Positions 5,826 through 13,708 of a stretch of 13,708 nucleotides of DNA are shown here, in pieces. The notes beneath the pieces were generated by a model, which was not told the origin of the DNA, made no database searches, and saw only the letters and a program-made list of their open reading frames with translations. This stretch comes from Candidatus Bathyarchaeia archaeon (lineage in GTDB: Archaea; Thermoproteota; Bathyarchaeia; Bathyarchaeales; Bathycorpusculaceae): NCBI GenBank assembly GCA_050012755.1, contig JBEKGO010000048.1, forward strand, positions 1-13,708. Reading direction: 5' to 3'. Position 1 is the stretch's first letter. Each line of letters begins with the position of its first letter. The position numbers were made by a program, and so were the translations under genes.

Positions 5826-7493
5826 TCAGCCGTGTGTGCCAAGACTGGTTTTAGCGTTCGCTACAATTGAACCGTAGTCTTTGTCTGTTAGCCAGCCTTG
5901 ATCTCTCAGACTTAACAATCCTTTTTCGATTTCCTCTAGTGCAGAACTTGTTGCTAAGATATTGTTTTCCTCGCCAATCTCTTTGAGTTCTGTTTTAAAC
6001 ATGCTGTTTCGTTCGCTTTCTGACTGAATTGTATCTGTTAGTGAAGTTATCGCTTTGAATCGTGGAACAAGAAAAGCCTTTATTTTCGCCCTTCCCAAAG
6101 CGCCCTTAAGCCTTGTTGAAATACCAATATTGCCTACAGAAGATGGCGGAATAATTAAGTAGCGTTTCTCCTTCTTTTCAGAATCATAGCAGACTACATA
6201 GAAGGGTACATAGACCAAAGCTTTGTTTAGCTTTTCTGATTCTTGTTTTAACCAAAGTTTTTCAAATTGGGAAATATTTTTTTCTCTAACTATTGTCATA
6301 CTGCTTATTTGATCACACAATAGTTTGGTTTGTTCCTGAAGTCTTCCCATTTCTTGTTTGTTAATCAAGATTTTTGCGTCTCGCGAAGCCTCTATCTCAA
6401 CTAAGTTTTTGCGGGCTTCTTTGATGCCAGCTTCCAAGGTAGACCTCAGCTCCATAGCTTCAGAAGCTCTTTGGTTTTCTAAAACCTTAAGGGCTTCCTC
6501 ATTTGTCTTCAGTTGATCTTGAATGCCTGAAAGTTCCTCTTTTGCTTCGCTGGTTTTTTGTTTCCACTTCTGTTTGCCAAGTTGGTCATCAAGATCCGCG
6601 CGGGTTTTTGCCTCTAACTGATATTGTTCGATTTTGGATGTAACTTCTTCTTTGGATTTTTCAAGTTTCATCTTTTGCTTGTGTAATGGCAGTTGTTTAT
6701 TCTCAAACTTTTGAGCCAGTTCAATTGTTTTTTTGTCGTATTCTTCTCTTACTGCGTTGACTTTTGGAGCAACGATTTCTTCTTCTTCCTTTATTTTAGC
6801 GGCAAATTCTTCTCTGATTGCTTTTGCTTTGTCATTAAGTTCTTTGAGAAAGTTTTGGGTGGCTTTGTTCAGAAGTTTCATGGATAAGTTAAGAGTTTTA
6901 ATGTCTTTTTCGAATGTGGAACGCAGATCAGCTAGTTCCTGAGTTACAGATAGAAGTCTCGATTCCTCTATTGTTGGAGACAGTAATCCAATATTTATTA
7001 GTTGATTTTCTATTTCTGTTGCCTCTCGGCGGTACGAGTCCATCTCTTTGAGAAAATCTGGGTTGCTAATCAAGCCTTTTACGAGAAGATTTTTTTCTTT
7101 GACAGTTGTACCAAAATAGTTTGTATTGTCAGCAAGTAGAGCCATGTGAGTTTCAAATGTTTTTGAGCCAGTTTTTAAAATCCCAGCAAGAGGTTTGACA
7201 TTTGAAATCATGGAATATTGCAGATTGTAGTCAGAAATGTCTAGACCGTCGAAGAGAAGAACTTTGTTGAAGAATGGGAATAGCCATAGAGGGTAGCCAA
7301 TTTTGGATATGAAAGCTATCTTCTCTTTTGAGAGTTTGAACAGTATTCGTCCACGCTTTTTTCGGTTTAACTCTGCTACAGAAAAAACTGCAGCTATCTC
7401 CATTTCTGCGGTGAAGGGTTTTTTTCTTCTTTCGGAAATAACTGAGAAGGGCAGAATGTACTTTCCAACTTCCGAGCCAGTCTCTTCGGACAT
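5826..7493 (-). CDS. Uncharacterised 555-aa protein: globular N-domain, long central coiled coil, globular C-domain
   Basis: Long ORF. Roughly aa 175-420 is E/K/Q/L-rich with heptad character. No TM segment and no Walker A/B motif. Terminal domains carry YPLW (aa 67-70) and YVPFY (aa 428-432). Confidence 0.88.
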   Translation of the reverse strand: MSEETGSEVGKYILPFSVISERRKKPFTAEMEIAAVFSVAELNRKKRGRILFKLSKEKIAFISKIGYPLWLFPFFNKVLLFDGLDISDYNLQYSMISNVKPLAGILKTGSKTFETHMALLADNTNYFGTTVKEKNLLVKGLISNPDFLKEMDSYRREATEIENQLINIGLLSPTIEESRLLSVTQELADLRSTFEKDIKTLNLSMKLLNKATQNFLKELNDKAKAIREEFAAKIKEEEEIVAPKVNAVREEYDKKTIELAQKFENKQLPLHKQKMKLEKSKEEVTSKIEQYQLEAKTRADLDDQLGKQKWKQKTSEAKEELSGIQDQLKTNEEALKVLENQRASEAMELRSTLEAGIKEARKNLVEIEASRDAKILINKQEMGRLQEQTKLLCDQISSMTIVREKNISQFEKLWLKQESEKLNKALVYVPFYVVCYDSEKKEKRYLIIPPSSVGNIGISTRLKGALGRAKIKAFLVPRFKAITSLTDTIQSESERNSMFKTELKEIGEENNILATSSALEEIEKGLLSLRDQGWLTDKDYGSIVANAKTSLGTHG

Positions 7494-7525
7494 GAAAATC
7501 CCTACTTAATATTATTGAGGTTGTG

Positions 7526-7539
7526 TTTTAAAACTTGTC
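7526..7539 (-). promoter_or_regulatory. Candidate BRE/TATA (GACAAG-TTTTAAAA) for the 555-aa gene
   Basis: TTTTAAAA at 7526-7533, 33 nt upstream of ATG 7493, preceded by a purine-rich element. Confidence 0.5.
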
Positions 7540-7724
7540 ATGGATTTTTCCCGATTTCAAAAAAAAATCAAGTTTTGTTTGGTAAGAGTTTGTGAAACAA
7601 GAATTAGCAAAATGATCAAACCCCGACTAGTGAGAAGACTTGCTTTCGACGGTTTTTTCATGGTGTTCTTCGCCGTAGAAAAAGATAAGTACTGATAGTT
7701 AACAATAACGAATTGGTGATTATT

Positions 7725-8045
7725 GTGGGAGGTACATCAGAGAGAGAGTTTATAGAAAAAATAGTTCAAACCAAGAAAAAAGCAAGCGAAATGGTTATTG
7801 AAGTTCGAAATGAATTCGCTAAAATGGAAAAGCTCAAAGCTGATGCTCTGAAGAAAGTCGAGGAAATGCGGCGGTCAACCGAAGCAAACCTTGAAAAACT
7901 TGAACAAAATGCGACAAAGGAAAAAGACCTTGTTCCTGAATCTCGACAAAGAATTTCCGTAGAAATCGTGCAGGCTAAAAAAGAAATCCAACAAAAATAT
8001 GAAGAAACCAAAAACCGAATTTCCGCTTCAATCGTGCCAGAATAG
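7725..8045 (+). CDS. Small all-helical coiled-coil protein (~106 aa), uncharacterised
   Basis: Highly charged E/K-rich amphipathic sequence with one internal proline turn (KDLVPES). Start placed at the in-frame GTG 7725 because GGTGA is at 7715-7719 (the ORF track starts at 7713). Confidence 0.82.
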   Translation: MGGTSEREFIEKIVQTKKKASEMVIEVRNEFAKMEKLKADALKKVEEMRRSTEANLEKLEQNATKEKDLVPESRQRISVEIVQAKKEIQQKYEETKNRISASIVPE

Positions 8046-8279
8046 GAATACCGCCTTTCTGGACGATATTCTTTTTGTTGAAAACTTCATACAGAATTTC
8101 TGTGATTTTTTAGGTTAAATTCTCTTAATAGTCCAATGAAAAATAATTCAAAAGCTAAATGGTTGATTTGAACTCATTTCAATTTGTGAAATCTCGCTCA
8201 AAACCTCTTTTTCTTTTGAAAGTTGGGCGTGTTAATATTCGTAGGTAGTTTTAAGAGAACGACGCTCGCTTCGTGGCAA

Positions 8280-9611
8280 TTATCCTCTTATCATCTTGAA
8301 TATGTTGACGATTTCGACGCGTCCGACTATCATCGCGAAGATTAGGATCCATTTGTACGCAAGTGGTAATGTAATCGTTGTAATTCCCATGCTTACCCCA
8401 TTTGTTGTCAAAGCTGAACTAACCTCAAACACTGAATCAAGATAGGAGATGCCGACTGTTGAGAAAGCCAAACTGAGAAGAAGTAGAAGTACGACGAAGC
8501 TGATTATGAAAACAAGGATTGACTTCAACTCCTCTCGAGTAGGCTCTTCACTATTTCTGCGCAACGCATTTACGAGTTGATGAATGCGTTTCATTTTTAT
8601 TCCGCCTGCCATGCTAAACGCACAACCTCCAGCTATTCCTACCAGAATGAACAGTATCTTCGCAGCAACGGGCGTGGTAGCAATGTCAATGTACTCGATA
8701 CCGGTCGAGGACGCCATGCTTACCACATGAAACAACGAGTCAAAAGGGTTAATCCAGGCAAGAAAAGAAATAATCACTGTCATGGCAGCTAAAAACTCAA
8801 GGTAGAATTTGATCTCCGGCGTCAAAAGTTCATGAAGTTTCAAACGAAACAGGTTGTAATGAAAACTGAAGTTAAGTGACCCCAACAACATTAAGACGAG
8901 GATGCTTATCTGGAAGATGCCGATACCCGCCGTGATGTTTGGTTGGTAACCACCAGTCAAAATATCTATTGCTGTACAGCTTGATACAATTATGTTCTTT
9001 GAGTACACGAAGTAGAAGATTGCAGTGAATACGACAACAAATAACGTGTAGATTAGCAGGATTGCAACGAAAACCTTCTTCAGGTTGTCACCAATCTTCT
9101 CGATTCCGAAAGCTTCGGAGAAGTCATTAAGACTTTCACTGGGGTACAGAAAGGCAACGAGAATATAGACAAAGCCAACACCACCAATGAACTCAACGAG
9201 ACTTCGATAAAACAGCAGGGACATAGGCAGAGAACTTGGGTTTGCTATGAAGCTAAACCCTGTCGTTGTGAAGCCACTGACAGTCTCAAAATATGCGTTG
9301 GAAAAGAGGTCAAATGGGTTCCCGGAGTGAAATACGTTGTTCCAGATATAAGGCACCATAAGCACCAACGGGAGAATGGTAAATGCAGAAAGCATGAGCC
9401 AAAGAGACGTCCTTGCATCCATTTCTTTACGTTCAGCAAACGAGTTAAAGATGAAGCCAACCCCGAACGACAAAAAGCAGGTGGCAACTAGACTGCTAAC
9501 TGCAGCTAGCTCGCCGGCTTGAAGCCCTATTGCGATGGGCAAAAAGAGAAGCAACCCCGTGACTTGTAGAAGAAAACCGAAGTTACTCACGATTCTGCGT
9601 AAACGGTCCAA
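8280..9611 (-). CDS. trkH: TrkH/TrkG-family potassium uptake membrane protein
   Basis: Four pore-loop glycine motifs (SGFTTTG, DILTGGY, SMASSTG, SALTTNG), FIGGVG, intramembrane loop GGCAFSMAGGIK and C-terminal GRVEI. TTG start. Confidence 0.92.
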   Translation of the reverse strand: MDRLRRIVSNFGFLLQVTGLLLFLPIAIGLQAGELAAVSSLVATCFLSFGVGFIFNSFAERKEMDARTSLWLMLSAFTILPLVLMVPYIWNNVFHSGNPFDLFSNAYFETVSGFTTTGFSFIANPSSLPMSLLFYRSLVEFIGGVGFVYILVAFLYPSESLNDFSEAFGIEKIGDNLKKVFVAILLIYTLFVVVFTAIFYFVYSKNIIVSSCTAIDILTGGYQPNITAGIGIFQISILVLMLLGSLNFSFHYNLFRLKLHELLTPEIKFYLEFLAAMTVIISFLAWINPFDSLFHVVSMASSTGIEYIDIATTPVAAKILFILVGIAGGCAFSMAGGIKMKRIHQLVNALRRNSEEPTREELKSILVFIISFVVLLLLLSLAFSTVGISYLDSVFEVSSALTTNGVSMGITTITLPLAYKWILIFAMIVGRVEIVNIFKMIRG

Positions 9612-9817
9612 ACTTCAGCCTCAGCTTACCTATTTGGCTCTTCAAATATCTGTCTAAACAATAAAGTTACTGGGGGAGCCATTATAACACTTTGCGTTCA
9701 CCTCTATTTTGTCTGTTAAAAATTGAAACACAATCTTGATGCAAGCATGAAAAGCAAACCCTCCGTATCAATCGTTGTGGATTTGAACCTAACCGCAGTG
9801 GAGAATACGCATTAGCC

Positions 9818-9824
9818 TTAAATA
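9818..9824 (+). promoter_or_regulatory. Candidate TATA box (TTAAATA) for the second ABC operon
   Basis: Consensus-like TATA 40 nt upstream of ATG 9864. Confidence 0.5.
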
Positions 9825-9863
9825 TAGAAGCTTTTCTATTCTGCAAGGGAGCGCTGGTTAAAC

Positions 9864-10637
9864 ATGTACAATCACTATGCTGTTGAACTAAAAGACGTAA
9901 CAAAACGCTACAACGAAATAGTAGCTGTAAACAACTTGAATTTAACAATAGAAACAGGCGAAATCTTTGGTCTTTTAGGACCAAACGGCTCAGGAAAATC
10001 AACCACTCTTAAAATGCTGATGGGTTTGGTTGAGCCTACTGCGGGTGAAGTAACGGTTTTAGGTTTAGATGTTAAGAAACAACCAGTGGAAGTAAAACAG
10101 CGGGTAGGTTATGTTCCAGAGGCAGCAAACATTTACGAGTTCCTAACAGGTATTGAATACCTTGACTTCATCGCGGATATCTATGGTGTGCCGACGGCTG
10201 AGAAAAAACAGCGGATTAACGAGTACCTAAAAGCTCTTCAGCTTGAAGGAAGAGAAGGCGACATGATTAACAGCTACTCGGACGGCATGAAAAAGAAAAT
10301 CAGTTTAATCTCAGCTTTTCTGCATAAACCCAAGTTGTTGCTGCTTGATGAGCCCCTTAACGCACTTGACCCTCGTTCAGCAAGAATAGTTAAGGATTAC
10401 CTGCATGAACTCAAAAGTCAAGGCGTAACTACGATTATGTCTACACACGTTCTTGAAATCGCAGAGGCTATTTGCGACAGAATTGGCATAATGTATCAAG
10501 GCAATATTTTGGCGCTTGGCAACATGGATGAACTTCGTCAAAGGGCCAGTTTGCCAAAATCAGATTTAGAAAGTATCTTTCTAAAGTTGACTGGAACGGA
10601 AGATTTGAGAGCAGTTGTTGAGGAACTGACCCGATGA
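9864..10637 (+). CDS. ABC transporter ATP-binding protein (ABC-2/multidrug exporter type)
   Basis: Walker A GPNGSGKST, signature YSDGMKKK, Walker B LLLDEP, H-loop STHVLEIAE. ATGA overlap with the next gene. Confidence 0.95.
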   Translation: MYNHYAVELKDVTKRYNEIVAVNNLNLTIETGEIFGLLGPNGSGKSTTLKMLMGLVEPTAGEVTVLGLDVKKQPVEVKQRVGYVPEAANIYEFLTGIEYLDFIADIYGVPTAEKKQRINEYLKALQLEGREGDMINSYSDGMKKKISLISAFLHKPKLLLLDEPLNALDPRSARIVKDYLHELKSQGVTTIMSTHVLEIAEAICDRIGIMYQGNILALGNMDELRQRASLPKSDLESIFLKLTGTEDLRAVVEELTR

Positions 10638-12322
10638 ACTGGAAGAACGTCCTCTACCTGCTTCGGATAGACCGCAAGTCAGGCAGGCTAATTAGAGGAA
10701 TAAAAACAACAAGATACAAAGAACACACTTTCCTCGCGTATTGGCCTTACTGGACAGCTGCCATAATCGGTATCATAGGAGGTTTGATAGCCAACTCCTT
10801 AGCAGATCTTGTTTACAACCATGGTGTGCCATCAGGCGTGCCTGGGACTTTGCCACCGCTTGACCAAGCTTCAGTAAGCCTCTTCACTGTGTTGCCGACG
10901 CTTGTTTTAGTCGCCAGCTTAATTTTTACATTGTTACAGCAAATCCAATTGGCTGGTCTTAAAGCTTCAAGTCAAGTGATGTATTGGCTACCCATAACAT
11001 GGCAAGAACACACCTTAGCATCTATGCTGTCTAACCTGCTAGGTTGGCCCGTTGCAATAGTTACAGGCTTATCAACGGGGATAATCGTTTTTTCAGTTTT
11101 TAACGGCATAATTCTTCAGGCTCTTCTGACCATTGTCATAATGGCTGCAGCTGCTTTCATGGCTAGCGCGATGACAGAAAGTCTAAGAATACTCCAAGTT
11201 CGTTTTACAGGAGCCGTTTACAAGTCAAGCGGCAGAGGAGCCATATGGGTAAGATTCATCGGTACGATACTGTTCTTCATCATATTCTACATAATCTACT
11301 TCTACATCACCCAAGGATTTGCCTCTTTCATAACAAATCTAACTTCAGCTCAAAGCGCAGCTTGGTACGTGCCCTTCATTTGGCCAGCTCTGCTTCTTTC
11401 ATACGCCACTAAAGGTTTGTTTTTGCAAGCGGCCCTGTTTTTAGCTTTATCTGCTCTCTTCATTACCGGCGTATATTACCTTGCGATAGAGTTGAACAAG
11501 CGATTTGGACTCTACGAACCCCCAGCGATAACAATTCAAAAAAGCGGCGTTTACGCGCCGAAAGCTGGGCTCTTAGGCAAAATAGGTTTCTCTAACGTTG
11601 AAGCAGCCATAATACGGAAAGATCTGAGAGCATTTACAAGACGCCGAGAGCTTACTGGAATTTACATTGCACCAATAATCATGATAATTATACCTATTCT
11701 GAATTCATTGGGCGTAATAAACAATGGAACGCCATCAGGCCAAGCAACCTTGATTTTTACATGGTTCATTTTCCTTTTACCCGCCGGGTTCATGGCTATG
11801 CTGATGGGAGAGGTTTTGATAGGTGAAGAGGGACAATCAGTCTGGCGAATATACGCATCACCCGTTTCTCCGAAAAGCTTGGTCAAAAGCAAATTTTTCT
11901 TAATCATACTATTTTCTATTATTATCCTCTTAGTAAGTGGAACAATTGGAGTAGTGTTCTACCGAACAACTTTGGAAGAATCAATCACAGGTTTTCTTGA
12001 AGCACTATTCATTATATTAGCGGTAGGATCAGTTTCACTTTCAGTCGGCTTCAAAGGACCAGACTTTTCTCAAACTCGCCGAGCAAGAATGATACGGCAA
12101 GAATGGTCCTTAATTGGATTAATCGTCGGGGCAGTCGCAGGAGCAGGCGTACTAGCGCCACTTGCACCAGTCGTAATATTTTCCTTCATCGGCTGGACAC
12201 CTTTTTACAGCATATACGTCGGCATCATTATCAGTGCTATCGTTACGTCAGTAATAACTGCTGTATTTTACCGAATCAACATTGGCTTAGCAAATGACCT
12301 ACTGAAGAAAGCTGAAGTCTAA
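10634..12322 (+). CDS. Large ABC exporter permease (two fused ABC-2-like membrane halves)
   Basis: 562 aa, polytopic, translationally coupled to the ATPase. Two similar halves, each with a basic amphipathic start (LLRIDRKSGR / IIRKDLRAFTRR) and a coupling-helix-like motif (YWLPITWQE / YASPVSPKSLVKSK). Confidence 0.87.
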   Translation: MNWKNVLYLLRIDRKSGRLIRGIKTTRYKEHTFLAYWPYWTAAIIGIIGGLIANSLADLVYNHGVPSGVPGTLPPLDQASVSLFTVLPTLVLVASLIFTLLQQIQLAGLKASSQVMYWLPITWQEHTLASMLSNLLGWPVAIVTGLSTGIIVFSVFNGIILQALLTIVIMAAAAFMASAMTESLRILQVRFTGAVYKSSGRGAIWVRFIGTILFFIIFYIIYFYITQGFASFITNLTSAQSAAWYVPFIWPALLLSYATKGLFLQAALFLALSALFITGVYYLAIELNKRFGLYEPPAITIQKSGVYAPKAGLLGKIGFSNVEAAIIRKDLRAFTRRRELTGIYIAPIIMIIIPILNSLGVINNGTPSGQATLIFTWFIFLLPAGFMAMLMGEVLIGEEGQSVWRIYASPVSPKSLVKSKFFLIILFSIIILLVSGTIGVVFYRTTLEESITGFLEALFIILAVGSVSLSVGFKGPDFSQTRRARMIRQEWSLIGLIVGAVAGAGVLAPLAPVVIFSFIGWTPFYSIYVGIIISAIVTSVITAVFYRINIGLANDLLKKAEV

Positions 12323-12410
12323 TATTATTTGATTGAAAGAAAAACGGCCGTGATTTCTTTTCGGCAACTCTTATGTAACACATTAAACATTGTTTTTTAT
12401 GTGATGTTTT

Positions 12411-12851
12411 ATGCAGGAATTAAAGGTAAAGAGCCCAACGTTTGAATCAAATAAGCCGATTCCAAAAAAATACAGTTGTGACGGAAATGACATAAATCCA
12501 CCCCTAATTATTGAAGGCACACCAAAAGAAGCAAAAACTCTTACGTTAATTGTTGATGACCCTGATGCTCCAAGCGGCACTTTTGACCACTGGATCGTCT
12601 GGAACATACCTGCTTCAACCATTAAGGTAGGGGAAAATACAGTTCCTGGAAAAGAAGGAATGAACGGTGCAAGGCAACTCGGTTATATGGGTCCTTGTCC
12701 CCCTGGAGCCACTCATAGATATTTCTTTAAGGTCTACGCTTTGGATGTGGAGCTCAGTTTGGGCATCAACTCTAGAAAGAAAGATGTGGAAAAAGCCATG
12801 CAAGGCCATATTCTGGCTAAAGGCGAATTGGTAGGCTTGTACAGTCGGTGA
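12411..12851 (+). CDS. YbhB/YbcL-family (PEBP/Raf kinase inhibitor-like) protein
   Basis: Diagnostic motifs IPKKYSCDG, NPPL, DDPDAP, FDHWIVWNIP, YMGPCPP and HRYFFKVYALD. No signal peptide. Confidence 0.95.
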   Translation: MQELKVKSPTFESNKPIPKKYSCDGNDINPPLIIEGTPKEAKTLTLIVDDPDAPSGTFDHWIVWNIPASTIKVGENTVPGKEGMNGARQLGYMGPCPPGATHRYFFKVYALDVELSLGINSRKKDVEKAMQGHILAKGELVGLYSR

Positions 12852-12945
12852 AGTTGTTTTCAAAAGTTTGATTCTGTGCTGCAATTTTCATTCAAACGTT
12901 AAATAGGATTATTTATTGATTACTGTAGCGATCGGTTGACCATAT

Positions 12946-13708
12946 TTGAACCGCAAATACGTTATACTTGCTGCAATATTGCTTATTGTGTTGATTGCTG
13001 CTTCGCTTATTTTAACGTTCAACAAGCCCAGCAAACAAGCCGTGGTCAGACCCTTTTATGTGGGCGTTGAATTCGCTTATAGTGACCAATTTAGCCAAGT
13101 CAAGGCTTTGGTTGATAAAGTCAAGGATTACACAAACTTCTTTGTTATAGGCACTCCATACCTAACATTTAACAGGTCGGCCCTTGACCAGTCATGTGAC
13201 TACCTTTACATCTCAAAACTCAACTTCATCGTTTTGATAACAAGCTTTCCAATGTACAACGACTCCAACGGTTACCCACCAAACAACAATGTTTTTGACT
13301 GGATCGGCAATGCAACCCTGAAATATGGTAGCCAGTTCTTTGGCATATACAGGTTCGATGAACCTGGCGGAAACCAATTAGATAGTGGACCATATAGGCT
13401 AATCAGCAGCCCCGCTGGCGGTTACACTGAAGTGGCGGACAGCTATGTTGGCAACCTCTCGGCTATAATCAACTATTATTTCAGCCACAGCGGAGCCCCC
13501 AGAATATTTACGTCAGATTATGGGCTCTACTGGTTTGATTATCAATCAAATTACTCTACGGTTTTTGCTGAGTTTGTGGGAAATGAAACAAGGCATACAA
13601 TGCAGGATCGGCAGCAAATAATTTCTTTAGATAGAGGTGCGGCTGAATCATTTCACAAAGATTGGGGCGTCATAATTACATGGGCCTCTACTAGCGAGCC
13701 GTTCCTTG
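12946..13708 (+). CDS. N-terminally anchored extracellular protein, possible glycoside-hydrolase-like TIM barrel; 3' end beyond the window
   Basis: Translated by hand: open from TTG 12946 to the window end (254 codons), absent from the ORF track. MNRKYVILAAILLIVLIAASLILTF signal/anchor, then FYVGVEF, LVDKVKDYTNFFVIG, GIYRFDEPGGNQLD, FTSDYGLYWFDY, VFAEF, RGAA and WGVIITW. Confidence 0.85.
   Translation, partial: MNRKYVILAAILLIVLIAASLILTFNKPSKQAVVRPFYVGVEFAYSDQFSQVKALVDKVKDYTNFFVIGTPYLTFNRSALDQSCDYLYISKLNFIVLITSFPMYNDSNGYPPNNNVFDWIGNATLKYGSQFFGIYRFDEPGGNQLDSGPYRLISSPAGGYTEVADSYVGNLSAIINYYFSHSGAPRIFTSDYGLYWFDYQSNYSTVFAEFVGNETRHTMQDRQQIISLDRGAAESFHKDWGVIITWASTSEPFL

Noticed and set aside
5826-7493. 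Calling the 555-aa protein SMC/Rad50
   Set aside because: No Walker A, ABC signature, Walker B, hinge or CxxC zinc hook is present.
9612-9863. c-di-AMP (ydaO-type) riboswitch upstream of trkH, prompted by GGGGGAGCCA at 9672-9681
   Set aside because: The motif is on the wrong strand for trkH, and the other conserved blocks of that riboswitch are not visible.
12336-12360. Imperfect inverted repeat with AAAACGGC, an 8-mer also found after the first ABC permease
   Set aside because: Only 8 shared bases at different distances from the stop codons; not distinguishable from chance.
2048-12884. Remaining short ORF-track entries (e.g. 2048-2275, 2439-2654, 3139-3477, 3560-3754, 3830-4063, 4297-4521, 4640-4846, 5392-5631, 6693-6942, 7303-7509, 7766-8011, 8577-8792, 9245-9487, 9682-10002, 11662-11907, 12103-12297, 12383-12622, 12615-12884)
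   Set aside because: All are shadow ORFs overlapping well-supported genes on the opposite strand or in another frame, with no motifs of their own.
1-13708. CRISPR array, tRNA/rRNA, transposase or integrase
   Set aside because: No regularly spaced repeats, cloverleaf or rRNA-like segments, or recombinase motifs were seen by eye. tRNAscan-SE and Infernal were not run.

Overview
Archaeal-type chromosomal window, most likely Bathyarchaeia. This is inferred from TATA-box promoters, GGTGA/GGAGG ribosome-binding sites, frequent TTG/GTG starts and a characteristic secreted PQQ-like beta-propeller protein. It holds 12 credible CDSs, mostly envelope and transport genes: a secreted beta-propeller-type surface protein (partial, not in the ORF track), an MFS transporter, a DrrAB-like ABC-2 exporter, an OsmC-like peroxidase, a divergent pair of uncharacterised coiled-coil proteins (555 aa and ~106 aa), a TrkH-family K+ channel, a second ABC exporter, a YbhB/YbcL (PEBP) protein and a membrane-anchored glycosidase-like protein (partial, not in the ORF track). 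The clearest unexplained structure is a 127-bp, ~90% identical direct repeat (1424-1550 vs 3381-3507). It is a dead copy of the 3' end of the ABC permease gene and brackets a ~1.96-kb MFS cassette that also carries a dif-like palindrome. The best candidates for undescribed protein systems are the coiled-coil pair and a TrkH that lacks the usual cytoplasmic HP-containing loop. I saw no rRNA, tRNA, CRISPR array, integrase or transposase.
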